Source of the DNA: Acidimicrobiia bacterium
GTDB taxonomy: Bacteria; Actinomycetota; Acidimicrobiia; IMCC26256; BP-133
Length of the DNA: 54,020 bases
Direction: 5' to 3'
NCBI GenBank assembly: GCA_036498605.1
Contig: DASYFF010000149.1
Coordinates: 1-54,020 of the forward strand
Shown: piece by piece, positions 27,519-36,950 of the stretch
Position numbering within the stretch: position 1 is the first letter of the stretch
Layout of the letters: each line of letters starts with the position of its first letter
Program-made: the position numbers and the translations under genes
Notes under the pieces: generated by a model
The model's input: the letters and a program-made list of their open reading frames with translations, nothing else
Told to the model about the DNA's origin: nothing
The model's database searches: none

Positions 27519-28587
27519 GGTGGGAGATCGCCTCCTTCATGCGATGCACGATGCCCGCCTCGGCACACTCGGCGGCCAGCCGGATGGCGGTGTCGATGTT
27601 GCGGGCATTGCTGGCGCCGTGCGAGATCACACAGACGCCGTCGATACCGAGCAGGACGGCACCCCCGAAGGCATCGGGATCGTACTGGGCCACCGCCGGA
27701 CCCAGAACCGGTTCGAGCACCTCTCCGACCCGGGCGTCGCCGACTTCGAGCCCGAGGGCCTCGGCGGTGAGCCGCAGCAGCGTCCGCATGCCGCCTTCGA
27801 TCGTCTTGAGGGCGACGTTGCCGGTGAACCCGTCGGTGACGACCACGTCGGCCCGCCCCAGGGTCAGGTCGCAGCCCTCGACGTTGCCGACGAAGCCCGG
27901 CTCCCGGCTCAGCAGGTCGTAGGTGCGCTTGCGCATCTCGTCGCCCTTGCCCATCTCCTCGCCGATCGAGAGGAGCCCGATGCGGGCCTGTTCGATGCCG
28001 TGGTGGAGCCGGGCGTACTCGGCGCCCATGCGGGCGAACTGCACCAGCCACTCCGGGGCGCAGTCGACGGTGGCGCCGACGTCGAGGAGCAGGGTCGGGG
28101 TGGCCAGCGGGCCCGGGATCGGGGTGACGATGGCCGGACGGGCGATCCCCCGGATCCGGCCCATGCGCAGGAGGGCGCTGGCCATGGTGGCGCCGGTGTT
28201 GCCGGCCGAGACCATGGCGTCGGCCCGCCCGTCCCGCACCGCCTCGGCGCAGCGGACGAGCGACGAGTCCTTCTTGCGCCGCACGCTCTTGGCCGGGTCG
28301 TCGTCCATGGCGACGACCTCGCCGGCGTGGAAGAAGTCGACGTGGGCGGCGAGGGCGCGGGCGTCGGGCCCGTCGAGCAACGGGACCACGACCGGCTCCT
28401 GGCCGACGAGCAGCACGGAGATCCCGGCCTCGGCGGCCAGCAGGGCGCCGGCCACGACCTCGCCCGGGGCCCGGTCGCCCCCCATGGCGTCGACCGCCAC
28501 CACCGGCACCGGCCGGGCCGCTTCCGTTGGAGCAGGGTCGGCGGCGGGCGCCGTCGCCCCGCCGGCCTGAGCCGCCGTCACCGCCAC
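27508..28587 (-). CDS. plsX: phosphate acyltransferase PlsX
   Basis: VAVDAMGGDRAP N-terminal motif, GNVEG and FGGAVLLG segments. GTG start at 28587. Confidence 0.9.
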   Translation of the reverse strand: MAVTAAQAGGATAPAADPAPTEAARPVPVVAVDAMGGDRAPGEVVAGALLAAEAGISVLLVGQEPVVVPLLDGPDARALAAHVDFFHAGEVVAMDDDPAKSVRRKKDSSLVRCAEAVRDGRADAMVSAGNTGATMASALLRMGRIRGIARPAIVTPIPGPLATPTLLLDVGATVDCAPEWLVQFARMGAEYARLHHGIEQARIGLLSIGEEMGKGDEMRKRTYDLLSREPGFVGNVEGCDLTLGRADVVVTDGFTGNVALKTIEGGMRTLLRLTAEALGLEVGDARVGEVLEPVLGPAVAQYDPDAFGGAVLLGIDGVCVISHGASNARNIDTAIRLAAECAEAGIVHRMKEAISHHGV

Positions 28588-28591
28588 GTGG

Positions 28592-28771
28592 CTACTCGAC
28601 CTCGACGGCCTGGCGCCCGCCGTACCAGCCGCAGTTGGGGCAGATGATGTGGGGCAGCTTCGTCTGGTGGCAGTGGGGGCAGACCGAACGGGCCGGGGCT
28701 GACGCCCGCCAGTTCGAGGCCCGCCGGCTCCGGCTCTTGGCCTTGGGAGTCTTCCGCTTGGGGACGGCCAT
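28592..28771 (-). CDS. rpmF: 50S ribosomal protein L32 (59 aa, below the ORF-track length cut-off)
   Basis: My own translation of the minus strand gives MAVPKRKTPKAKSRSRRASNWRASAPARSVCPHCHQTKLPHIICPNCGWYGGRQAVEVE, with a CxxC...CxxC zinc ribbon. Confidence 0.9.
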   Translation of the reverse strand: MAVPKRKTPKAKSRSRRASNWRASAPARSVCPHCHQTKLPHIICPNCGWYGGRQAVEVE

Positions 28772-28789
28772 CGAGGCTCCTACTCCTGT

Positions 28790-29323
28790 TCAGTTCGATT
28801 CGGGGCGGTGCTCGGCGTCATCGGTGAGGACGAGCTCCCGCAGGGCGTCCCAGCGGGGATCGGCGGGCTCGGCCGCGCAGTCGCAGGGGTGGTCTTCATT
28901 CAGGTTGGTGCCGCAGGTCGGGCAGAGCCCCAGGCAGGCCTCGGAGCAGAGGGGGACGAGCGGCAGCTCGGGCACGACCAGGTCGCGGATCGGCTGCTCG
29001 AGGTCGATCTCGTCGTGGCTGAGCGGGTAGGTCTCCTCCTCGATCGGGTCCTCCTCGAACACCTCCCGCAGCCGGAGGTCGAAGTCGGCCTCGAGCGGCG
29101 TGAGGCACCGGCTGCAGACAGCGCGCCAACGCCCCTGCACGTGGCCCGAGGCGACGAGGCCACCCGAAAGGCTCTCGAGGCGCAGGTCGATCGTGAGGGG
29201 TTGGTCGGGCTCGACCCGGGTCGACGGGTTCTCCAGCCCGGGCAGGGGAACCTCGAAATGCACCTCGCGGGTGCTTCCGGGTCGGCGGAGCAGGTCAGCG
29301 ACGTTCATGCGGAGTCCGGTCAT
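28790..29323 (-). CDS. YceD/DUF177 family protein (large-subunit rRNA accumulation protein)
   Basis: LLRRPGSTREV, and C-terminal Cys cluster CSEACLGLCPTCGTNLNEDHPCDC. Conserved position upstream of rpmF. Start is uncertain (29308, 29323 or 29359). Confidence 0.8.
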   Translation of the reverse strand: MTGLRMNVADLLRRPGSTREVHFEVPLPGLENPSTRVEPDQPLTIDLRLESLSGGLVASGHVQGRWRAVCSRCLTPLEADFDLRLREVFEEDPIEEETYPLSHDEIDLEQPIRDLVVPELPLVPLCSEACLGLCPTCGTNLNEDHPCDCAAEPADPRWDALRELVLTDDAEHRPESN

Positions 29324-29430
29324 CAGAGGGCGCCCATCAAGGGGGGCGGAGCGCGCCAACGGCGCGCCTGTGGCGGGCTGTCAGTCTAGCTGCCTGGCCC
29401 GGAACTGACGGGGCCGGGAACGCCCCCCGG

Positions 29431-29985
29431 CTACATGAGGTCCTGGTCGAAGAGCCCTGGTTCGGCCGGCAACACCTCGACCGGCGCCTCGGGCGCGAAG
29501 GCCTGGAGCCGGCGGCGGCCCTTCTGCACGACGCCGATCGTCCGCTCCAGGGTGGCCTCGAAGCTGGCCAGCTTGGCGTCGACGTAGTCCTCGGCCTGGT
29601 TGCGGAGTTGGCGGCCGTGGGCCTCCGCCTGCTCGATCGTGACCCGGGCCACCCGCTCGGCCTCCCGGACGACCTCGGTCCGCTGCACCATGCCCTCGGC
29701 CTGGACCCGGGCGGCGGCGATGATCTCGTCGGCCTCGCGGCGGGCCCGCTCCAGGAACTCCTCCCGCTCCTTGAGCAGCCAGCGGGACTGGCGCAGCTCC
29801 TCGGGCAGGGCCTCCAGCATCTCGTCGAGCAGCTCCAGGACCTCGTCCCGGTTCACGATGGCCGAGTTCGACAGCGGCATCGAGCGGGCCGTCTCGACCA
29901 GCTCGCGCAGATGCTCGAGCAGGTCGCACAGGTCGCCGCGGTAGACCGCGGTCGGCAGCTCCTCGTGGATCGCCGTGGGGGTCAT
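29431..29985 (-). CDS. SepIVA (Rv2927c)-like DivIVA-related coiled-coil protein
   Basis: LLEHLRELVETARSMPLSNSAIVNRDEVLELLDEMLEALPEEL and EDYVDAKLASFEATLERTIGVVQKGRRRL parallel my recollection of Rv2927c. It also has the same genomic position next to DUF177. Confidence 0.65.
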   Translation of the reverse strand: MTPTAIHEELPTAVYRGDLCDLLEHLRELVETARSMPLSNSAIVNRDEVLELLDEMLEALPEELRQSRWLLKEREEFLERARREADEIIAAARVQAEGMVQRTEVVREAERVARVTIEQAEAHGRQLRNQAEDYVDAKLASFEATLERTIGVVQKGRRRLQAFAPEAPVEVLPAEPGLFDQDLM

Positions 29986-30473
29986 GCCGGAGGTCCCTCC
30001 TTGAAGCGCTGGTCCAGCCGGGCCGCCACGACCGGGGGGACGAGGGTCGAGACGTCGCCGCCGTAGCGGGCGACCTCCCGAACCAGGCTGGAGGACAGGA
30101 ACGAGTACTGGGGGCTGGTTGCGAGGAAGAACGTGTCGATGCCGGACAGGCTCTGGTTCATCTGCGCCATCTGGAGCTCGTAGTCGAAGTCGGTCACGGC
30201 CCGGAGGCCCTTCACGATGGTGTCAGCGCCGTGGATCCGGGCGAAGTCGACCAGGAGACCGGCGAAGTACTCGATCTGGATGTTGCCGAGATGGCCCGTC
30301 ACCTCCGCCAGCATCGATTCCCGCTCCTCCAGGGTGAACAGGGACACCGCCTTCTGGGGGTTCCGGATCACGGCCACGACCACCCGGTCGAAGAACCGGG
30401 ACACCCGTTCGATCACGTCGAGGTGGCCGTAGGTCACCGGATCGAACGATCCTGGTACGAGCGCCGTGGCCAC
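29982..30473 (-). CDS. coaD: pantetheine-phosphate adenylyltransferase
   Basis: GSFDPVTYGHLDVIER (nucleotidyltransferase HxGH). Start proposed at the GTG at 30473, giving 163 aa. The ORF-track start at 30524 would overlap rsmD. Confidence 0.9.
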   Translation of the reverse strand: MATALVPGSFDPVTYGHLDVIERVSRFFDRVVVAVIRNPQKAVSLFTLEERESMLAEVTGHLGNIQIEYFAGLLVDFARIHGADTIVKGLRAVTDFDYELQMAQMNQSLSGIDTFFLATSPQYSFLSSSLVREVARYGGDVSTLVPPVVAARLDQRFKEGPPA

Positions 30474-30507
30474 TACCGGAGCCCCCTCTCCCGCACCCGC
30501 CGCTCCT

Positions 30508-31086
30508 TTACTTCCGTTGCGCAAACAACACGAGTGTATCTCCGTAACAACGTTCCCAGGTTGACCCCCATCCGCCGGGCCACCGCAACGGGGACGAACC
30601 GGTGGCCCGCTCCACCACCACGGTGGCCTCGGGGGCCAGCCATCCCCCCTCGACGAGGCGGGCGAGCACCGGTTCGAGCTCCGCTCCCGGGGTGTCGTAG
30701 GGCGGGTCGAGCAGGGCGAGATCGTAGGGCTCGGCCGGGGCCGGGGCGGCGACCACCGTCGCCACAGCCGAGCAGCGCAGCTCGGCCCGGTCGTCGAGGC
30801 CGAGGCTCTCGATGTTGGCCCGGATGGCCCGGGCGGCGGCCGGGTCGCGGTCGACGAGCAGCGCCTGCGCCGCCCCCCGGGAGAGGGCTTCGAGGCCCAG
30901 CGCCCCGCTGCCGGCGTAGAGGTCGAGGACCCGGGCCCCGACGAGACGGCCGGGGCCGAGGGCCGAGAAGAGCGACTCCTTCACCCGGTCGGCCGTCGGC
31001 CGGATGTGCTCGCCGGGCGGCACGGTCAGGCGCCGCCCGCCGGCCTCGCCGGCGATGATCCGGGGGCTCCTCCGGGGGGGCGGCAC
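30508..31086 (-). CDS. rsmD: 16S rRNA (guanine966-N2)-methyltransferase RsmD
   Basis: Start proposed at the GTG at 31086, 17 nt after the recG stop. RIIAGEAGGRRL, RPTADRVKESLFS, VLDLYAGSGALGLEALSRGA and LLDPPY motifs. Confidence 0.85.
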   Translation of the reverse strand: MPPPRRSPRIIAGEAGGRRLTVPPGEHIRPTADRVKESLFSALGPGRLVGARVLDLYAGSGALGLEALSRGAAQALLVDRDPAAARAIRANIESLGLDDRAELRCSAVATVVAAPAPAEPYDLALLDPPYDTPGAELEPVLARLVEGGWLAPEATVVVERATGSSPLRWPGGWGSTWERCYGDTLVLFAQRK

Positions 31087-31103
31087 GGCAGATCCTCGGC
31101 GCG

Positions 31104-33296
31104 TCAGCTCTTGAACAGGAACTCGACGTCGTCGCCCAGGAGATCCTCCACCTCTTCGGCCAGCTGACGGTGGCCGGTGAGGCCCGGGTCGGCGTCGAGG
31201 ATCTCCTCGGCCACCCGGCGGGCTTCGAGCACGACCGGCTCGTCGCGGGGGATCCGGCCCAGCTTCAGGTCGGTGAAGCCGGCCTGGCGCTCGCCGAAGA
31301 CCTCCCCCGCCCCCCGGATCTCCAGGTCGCGCTCGGCCAGGAGGAACCCGTCGGTGGAGTCGGCCATGGCCTGGAGGCGGGCCTCGGCCTCGGGAGTCTG
31401 GGGGTCGCCGAAGAGGAAGCACCACGACTCCCCGCCGCCCCGGCCGACCCGGCCCCGGAGCTGGTGGAGCTGGGAGAGCCCGAAGCGGTCGGCGTCCTCG
31501 ATGACCATGACCGTGGCGTTCCCGACGTCGACGCCCACCTCGATCACCGTGGTGGCCACCAGGACGTCGATGACGCCGTCGCGGAAGCGGGCCATGGTCG
31601 CCTCCTTGTCGGCCTGGGGCATCTGGCCGTGGAGGAGCCCGACCCGCAGTCCCGCAAGGTCCTCGGCCTCGAGGCGGGCCGCCTCCTCGGTGGCCGCCTT
31701 GGCCTCGACCTTCTCCGAGCCCTCGACCAGGGGGCAGACGACGTAGGCCTGGCGGCCGGCCGCCACTTCCTGGCGGAGTCGTTCGTAGGCGCCCGCCCGC
31801 TCCAGTGGCGACGGCCCGATCAGCTCGGTGGTGATCGGCGTGCGGCCGGGCGGCATCTCCCGCAGCTCCGACTTGTCGAGGTCGCCGTAGATGAGCATGG
31901 CCGCGGTGCGGGGGATGGGCGTGGCCGTCATGACCAGCACGTCGGGCTCCGGCCCCTCTCCGCCCTGGCCGGGGCCCTTGGCCCGCAGCAGGGCCCGCTG
32001 CTCGACGCCGAAGCGGTGCTGCTCGTCGATCACCGCCACGCCGAGGGCGGGGAACGCGACGCTGTCGTAGATGAGGGCGTGGGTCCCGACGACGATGTCG
32101 ACCTCGCCGGCGGCCAGGGCGGCCGACAGCTTGCGCCGGCCGGCGGCGCCCGTCCGGTTGGTCAGCAGCTCGACCCGGACGGGCCGCTCCCCCATCAGCG
32201 TCCCGTCCGAGGCCACCGTCAGCCCGTCGAGGAACCGGGTCAGGCTCAGGTGGTGCTGTTCGGCCAGTACCTCGGTGGGGGCCATCAGGGCCCCCTGGTA
32301 GCCGCCCTGGACCGCGGTCAGGAGGGCGGTGAGGGCCACGACCGTCTTGCCCGAGCCGACGTCGCCCTGGAGGAGGCGGTGCATCGGCCGGGGGGCGGCG
32401 AGGTCGGCGGTGATCTCGGCGATGGCCGACTGCTGGTCCCCGGTCAGGGCGAAGGGCAGCCGGTCGTGAAAGGCCGCGACCAGGGGCCCGTCGATCCGGT
32501 GGGTGAGACCGACCTGCTGCTCCTCGAAGGCCCGCTTGCGGGCCACCAGCCCCAGCTGCATGCGCAGGAACTCGTCGAAGATCAGCCGGCGGGCGGCCCG
32601 GTAGTGGTCGGCTTCGATCTCGGGCTCGTGGATGCCGTTGTAGGCCCGGGTCCGGTCGACGAGGCCGAGCCGCTCGAGGACTCCGCCGGGGACGGGATCG
32701 TCGAAGTCCCGGGCCCGGCGCAGCGCCTCGGCCACGAACTTCTGGAGCTGCCAGGTCGAGACGTCGGCCTTCCCCGACTGGGGATAGACGGGGACGATGA
32801 CGCCGGTCTTCTCCCCGATCCGGCCGAGCACGTCGACCACCGGGTTCGTCATCTGGTGCTTGCCCCGGTAGTGCTCGAGCTTGCCGAAGAAGGCGGCCTC
32901 GGTGCCGACCGGGAGCTGCTGGGCCCGCCACCCCTGGTTGAAGAACGTGACGTAGAGGTACGAGGTGCCGTCGTAGACGATCGTCTCCACCAGGGCCCGG
33001 CCCTGGCGGGTCCGCCGGGAGCTCATCTTGCGGACCTCGGCGTAGACGGTGGCCTCCTCCCCCACCCGCAGGTCGGCGATGTCGGACTTCTTCGTCCGGT
33101 CGAGGTAGCGGCGGGGATAGTGCTCGACCAGCTGCAGGACGTTGCCGATCCCCAGCATCCCGAGCCGCTCCTCGAGGCGCGGCGTGACACCCGTGATGCG
33201 GGTGATCGGGATGTCCCTCAGGTCGCGAAGCGTCTTGCCCACTGCCGGGCGAGCGTATCGGCGCTTGGGGGCTTTGCCTGCCTCCCGTACCGCCAC
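31104..33296 (-). CDS. recG: ATP-dependent DNA helicase RecG
   Basis: Wedge/OB N-terminus, GDVGSGKT Walker A, DEQHRFGV, TATPIPRT, and QLHQLRGRVGRG motif VI. Confidence 0.95.
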   Translation of the reverse strand: MAVREAGKAPKRRYARPAVGKTLRDLRDIPITRITGVTPRLEERLGMLGIGNVLQLVEHYPRRYLDRTKKSDIADLRVGEEATVYAEVRKMSSRRTRQGRALVETIVYDGTSYLYVTFFNQGWRAQQLPVGTEAAFFGKLEHYRGKHQMTNPVVDVLGRIGEKTGVIVPVYPQSGKADVSTWQLQKFVAEALRRARDFDDPVPGGVLERLGLVDRTRAYNGIHEPEIEADHYRAARRLIFDEFLRMQLGLVARKRAFEEQQVGLTHRIDGPLVAAFHDRLPFALTGDQQSAIAEITADLAAPRPMHRLLQGDVGSGKTVVALTALLTAVQGGYQGALMAPTEVLAEQHHLSLTRFLDGLTVASDGTLMGERPVRVELLTNRTGAAGRRKLSAALAAGEVDIVVGTHALIYDSVAFPALGVAVIDEQHRFGVEQRALLRAKGPGQGGEGPEPDVLVMTATPIPRTAAMLIYGDLDKSELREMPPGRTPITTELIGPSPLERAGAYERLRQEVAAGRQAYVVCPLVEGSEKVEAKAATEEAARLEAEDLAGLRVGLLHGQMPQADKEATMARFRDGVIDVLVATTVIEVGVDVGNATVMVIEDADRFGLSQLHQLRGRVGRGGGESWCFLFGDPQTPEAEARLQAMADSTDGFLLAERDLEIRGAGEVFGERQAGFTDLKLGRIPRDEPVVLEARRVAEEILDADPGLTGHRQLAEEVEDLLGDDVEFLFKS

Positions 33297-33340
33297 TGCT
33301 ATCCTCAGACGTTCCTTTGTGCCGGAAGTGAGGTCAGCGG

Positions 33341-33529
33341 ATGTCGGCGGTATGCGAGGTGTGCGGGAAGCGGCCCCGGGTGGGCATGCGGGTGAGCCAC
33401 TCCCACCGCCGGACGAAGCGGCGCTGGTCGCCCAACATCCAGAAGATCCGGGCCGTGGTGGCCGGCGCCCCCAAGCGGGTGCGGGTCTGCACCTCCTGCC
33501 TCAAGGCGGGGAAGATCCAGAAGGGTTGA
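33341..33529 (+). CDS. rpmB: 50S ribosomal protein L28
   Basis: [34 protein letters not shown]. Its 3' end overlaps the thiD 3' end by 29 nt. Confidence 0.95.
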   Translation: MSAVCEVCGKRPRVGMRVSHSHRRTKRRWSPNIQKIRAVVAGAPKRVRVCTSCLKAGKIQKG

Positions 33530-34307
33530 CCGCGCCGGGCCCTGCGCCCAGCTCCACCCCGGCGGCGATGGCCGTCGTCACGAACTCCTTGGCCCCCTCC
33601 ACCGCCTGAACGAGGTCCTCCCCCCGCGCCAGCCGGGCGGTGATCGCGGCCGACAGCACGCATCCGGTGCCGTGGGTGTTGCGGCTCGGAAGGCGCGGGC
33701 CCGCCAGCCACAGCCGTTGCCGACCCTGGTTCGTCATGAAGAGATCGGCGGCCTCCGGGCCGGGAAGGTGGCCCCCGGTCACCAGGACGGCCTTCGGGCC
33801 GAGTCCCAGGATGGCCACCGCCACCCGCTCCATGCCTTGGCGGTCGGCCGGGGGCTCGGTCCACCCGGCCAGGACCGCAGCCTCGGCCAGGTTCGGCGTC
33901 ACGAGGTCGGCCAGCGGGAGCAGCGCGCTCCGGACCGCCGCGGCGCCGCCCGGGGAGAGCAGTGACCGCCCGCTCGACGACACCGCCACCGGGTCGACCA
34001 CCAGCGGGTGGAGGTCCCATTCCTCCACGGCGGCGGCGACCACGTTGACGATGTCGGCGCGCGCCAGCATCCCGGTCTTCGTGGCGTTGACGCCGATGTC
34101 GGTGGCCACGGCCCCGATCTGGGCGGTGACGATCGCCCCTCCCTGCGGTTCGATCTGGCCGACCAGCACCGTGTTCTGGGCCGTGACCGCCGTGACGGCG
34201 CAGGTGCCCCAGACGCCGTGAGCGGCGAATGTCCTCAGGTCGGCGGCGATGCCGGCGCCACCCCCGGAGTCGGTGCCGGCCACCGTGAGGGCCACCGGCG
34301 GCCTCAC
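33501..34307 (-). CDS. thiD: hydroxymethylpyrimidine/phosphomethylpyrimidine kinase
   Basis: GTG at 34307 overlaps the thiL stop (GTGA). [25 protein letters not shown] and [12 protein letters not shown] motifs. Confidence 0.85.
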   Translation of the reverse strand: MRPPVALTVAGTDSGGGAGIAADLRTFAAHGVWGTCAVTAVTAQNTVLVGQIEPQGGAIVTAQIGAVATDIGVNATKTGMLARADIVNVVAAAVEEWDLHPLVVDPVAVSSSGRSLLSPGGAAAVRSALLPLADLVTPNLAEAAVLAGWTEPPADRQGMERVAVAILGLGPKAVLVTGGHLPGPEAADLFMTNQGRQRLWLAGPRLPSRNTHGTGCVLSAAITARLARGEDLVQAVEGAKEFVTTAIAAGVELGAGPGAVNPSGSSPP

Positions 34308-35227
34308 TCGACCGGGTGCTCCCAGCCGCTCGGGGCCAGCGGCCACGTCCCGCCGCTGGGGGTGGCCAGGAGGACCTCGTCGCCGGGGACGACCGTCCCG
34401 ATGGGGGCCGGCAGGTGGAGACCGGCGGTGGCGAACGCCTCGGCCACCCGGACCGGGTCGGGGGCGGTGAAGCACAGCTCGTAGTCGTCGCCGCCGGACA
34501 GGGCGTCGTCGACGGTCGCGCCGGGGCCGACGGGGATGGCCGACGCCTCGAGGCGGGCCCCCACCCCCGACGCCCGGCAGAGGTGGGCGAGGTCGGACGA
34601 CAGCCCGTCCGACAGGTCGATCATGGCCCTCGCCCCGGCGGCCGCGGCCGTGCGGCCCTCGACCAGCCGGGGGACGGGCCGCTGCAAGCGGGCCAGCCCC
34701 ACCGGGTCGGGCTCCTCCCCCCGCCGGAGGGCGGCCAGGGCGGCCTTCGACCCGCCCAGCGGGCCGGTGACGAACACGCTGTCGCCCGGCCGCGCCCCGC
34801 TGCGCAGGATGGCGCCGCCGGTCGGCGAGTCGCCGATCACGGCCACCGACACGGTGAGCGCCGCCCCGACCGTGGTGTCGCCGCCGACCAGGGGGCAGCC
34901 GAGCTCGGCGGCGGCGGCCATCAACCCGGCGGCCAGATCGTCGGCCTCTCCCTTGCGGCCGGCGCCGAGCACCACCCCGCAGACCGCCCCCCGGGGCGAA
35001 CCGCCCATCGCCGCGATGTCCGACAGGTTGACGGCCAGCGCCTTCCACCCCACGTCGGCGGCGCTGTCCCACCGCAGGTCGAAGTGGACGCCCTCGGTCA
35101 GCACGTCGGTGGCGAAGAGCAGGCCGCCTTCGAGGACGGCGGTGTCGTCGCCCACGCCGACCTGGCCGGGCGGCGGCTCGGGCAGGGCCCGGCGGAGCCG
35201 CTCGAGGAACGCGAATTCGCCGCTCAG
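34304..35227 (-). CDS. thiL: thiamine-monophosphate kinase
   Basis: GEFAFLERL, GDDTAVL and WKALAVNLSDIAAMGG motifs. There is no ATG/GTG/TTG near the conserved N-terminus. I propose the CTG at 35227, preceded by GGAGG with 5-nt spacing. Confidence 0.8.
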   Translation of the reverse strand: MSGEFAFLERLRRALPEPPPGQVGVGDDTAVLEGGLLFATDVLTEGVHFDLRWDSAADVGWKALAVNLSDIAAMGGSPRGAVCGVVLGAGRKGEADDLAAGLMAAAAELGCPLVGGDTTVGAALTVSVAVIGDSPTGGAILRSGARPGDSVFVTGPLGGSKAALAALRRGEEPDPVGLARLQRPVPRLVEGRTAAAAGARAMIDLSDGLSSDLAHLCRASGVGARLEASAIPVGPGATVDDALSGGDDYELCFTAPDPVRVAEAFATAGLHLPAPIGTVVPGDEVLLATPSGGTWPLAPSGWEHPVE

Positions 35228-35290
35228 CGAGGCCTCCGGCGTATTTTGGGGACGGGCCGCATGGTAGGCGGCGAGCCGGAGGAGTCTGCG

Positions 35291-35521
35291 ATGCAGGGCG
35301 TGGTCAAGTCGTACGACCCGGGAACGGGTGAGGGCATCGTCGTGCGTGACACCGACCGGTCGGAGTACGTCCTCGCCCCCGGGTCCCTCGAGGGCTCGAT
35401 CTTCCGCACCCTGCGCCAGGGGCAGCGGGTCATCTTCGAGCTCGACGGGTCGGAGCGGGCCACCCGGCTGCGGACGGGCGCCGAGCCCGACCTCGGCATG
35501 GGCAACGTCCAGCTGCAGTAG
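35291..35521 (+). CDS. small OB-fold / cold-shock-domain-like protein
   Basis: 76 aa: MQGVVKSYDPGTGEGIVVRDTDRSEYVLAPGSLEGSIFRTLRQGQRVIFEL. It has CspA-like topology but lacks the canonical RNP1/RNP2 aromatic motifs. Coordinates come from residue counting in the ORF track. Confidence 0.5.
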   Translation: MQGVVKSYDPGTGEGIVVRDTDRSEYVLAPGSLEGSIFRTLRQGQRVIFELDGSERATRLRTGAEPDLGMGNVQLQ

Positions 35522-35576
35522 CTCCCAACCCCGGGATCCAAGCCCCCGCTGCGGACCGGCCCGGTACGATGAGGGC

Positions 35577-35951
35577 GTGGTCGGGCTGCTCCTGTTCGTG
35601 ATCTTCATCGGTGTGCCGTTCGCCGAGATCTACGTGCTCCTCCAGGTCGGCCACGTCATCGGGGTCCTCAACACGCTGGCCCTGCTCGTCCTGGTGTCGA
35701 TGGTCGGCGCCTGGCTGGCCAAGCAGGCCGGCCTCAGCGTCCTGCGGCGGATGCAGGAGGCCGTCAACGCCGGCCGGGTCCCGGGTGCCGAGCTGGTCGA
35801 CGGGTTCCTCGTCCTCCTGGCCGGGGCGCTCATGATCACCCCCGGCTTCCTGACCGACATCGTGGCCATCTTCCTGCTCCTCCCGCCCGTCCGGGCCGGG
35901 GTACGGCGAGCGCTGCGCCGCTACTTCGCCCACCGCATCGAGATCCTGTAG
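35577..35951 (+). CDS. fxsA: FxsA family membrane protein
   Basis: In-frame GTG at 35577. FAEIYVLLQVGHVIG and LITPGFLTDIVAIFLLLPPVR are FxsA hallmarks. Confidence 0.7.
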   Translation: MVGLLLFVIFIGVPFAEIYVLLQVGHVIGVLNTLALLVLVSMVGAWLAKQAGLSVLRRMQEAVNAGRVPGAELVDGFLVLLAGALMITPGFLTDIVAIFLLLPPVRAGVRRALRRYFAHRIEIL

Positions 35952-35963
35952 GTCCCGACGCCC

Positions 35964-36950
35964 ATGCGCCCGGCCCGGCTCGCCCTGGCGGTGCAGGGCC
36001 GCTACAAGGAGCTCAACGGCCGGGAGCTGGCCCTGGCCATCACGCTGTCGGCCTTCCTGTCGATCCTGCCCCTCCTGCTGGTGGGGATCGCCGTGTTCGG
36101 CTTCTTCTCCGCCGCCGCCTCCAAGGACCTGGCCGCCGAGGCCGTCCAACGCCTCGGCCTCGACGGGTCGTCCGACACCGCCCGGCTCATCACCGAGGCC
36201 ATGCACACCGCCGAGAGCAGCCGCAAGGCGGCGTCCGTCGTCGGCCTGGCCGGTCTCCTGTGGACGGGCCTCGGCGTCGTGCGGTCCCTCCAGTACGCCT
36301 GGAACACCGCCTGGCAGGTCCGGGGCCGGGGCCTGCGCGACAAGGCGGTGGGCCTCGTGTGGCTGGGCGGGGCGGCCCTGCTCTTCGCCGTTTCGTTCGT
36401 CCTGTCGGCCGTGGCGCAGCTGCTGCCCTGGTACCTGGCGCCCCTCGGCATCCTGGCCGGTCTGGCCACCGGCGTCGGGCTGTGGCTGTGGACGGCCCAC
36501 ACGCTGCCCAACCGCCGCGTCGGCTGGCGGCCGCTCCTGCCGGGGGCGATCCTCGGCGCCGCCGGGTTCGAGCTCCTCAAGGTCGGGGCGTCGGTCGTCG
36601 TGCCCCGCTTCGTGACGTCGTCGTCGGACCTCTACGGCCCCGTCGGCGTCGTCTTCGCCCTCCTCGCCTGGCTCCTTCTCTTCGGGCGGCTCGTCGTCTA
36701 CTCAGCCGTCCTGGAGGTGGTGCTGTGGGAGGAGCGCCACGGCACGGTCGAGCTCGCCATCGAGGCCCCGGCCCGGCCGGGGTTCGAGCCGCTCAGCGCC
36801 ACCCGGGCCGGCCAGCAGCGCTTTTCGGGCTCGCCGGACGGCACGACGCTGCCGCTCACCCGGCGCAACGGCGCCGGAGACGGTGCAGCGGTCAGTGGCC
36901 GGCCGTCAGGCCCAGGCCGCCGAGGCCCAGGCCCGACAGGGCGTCACTGA
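35964..36950 (+). CDS. YihY/BrkB (virulence factor BrkB / RNase BN-like) family membrane protein
   Basis: ELNGRELALAITLSAFLSILPLLLV, about 6 TM helices, YGPVGVVFALLAWLLLFGRLVVY. Its 3' end overlaps the convergent sigma-fusion gene by 59 nt. Confidence 0.75.
   Translation: MRPARLALAVQGRYKELNGRELALAITLSAFLSILPLLLVGIAVFGFFSAAASKDLAAEAVQRLGLDGSSDTARLITEAMHTAESSRKAASVVGLAGLLWTGLGVVRSLQYAWNTAWQVRGRGLRDKAVGLVWLGGAALLFAVSFVLSAVAQLLPWYLAPLGILAGLATGVGLWLWTAHTLPNRRVGWRPLLPGAILGAAGFELLKVGASVVVPRFVTSSSDLYGPVGVVFALLAWLLLFGRLVVYSAVLEVVLWEERHGTVELAIEAPARPGFEPLSATRAGQQRFSGSPDGTTLPLTRRNGAGDGAAVSGRPSGPGRRGPGPTGRH

Noticed and set aside
35281-35461. My base-by-base reading of these printed lines came out 1 nt out of register with the ORF-track frames. 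This gave an apparent missing G near 35281 and an extra C near 35461, which could have been read as compensating frameshifts.
   Set aside because: Three independent ORF-track translations agree with each other and with a continuous CSD-like ORF. I attribute the discrepancy to my own reading and took the coordinates 35291..35521 from residue counting.
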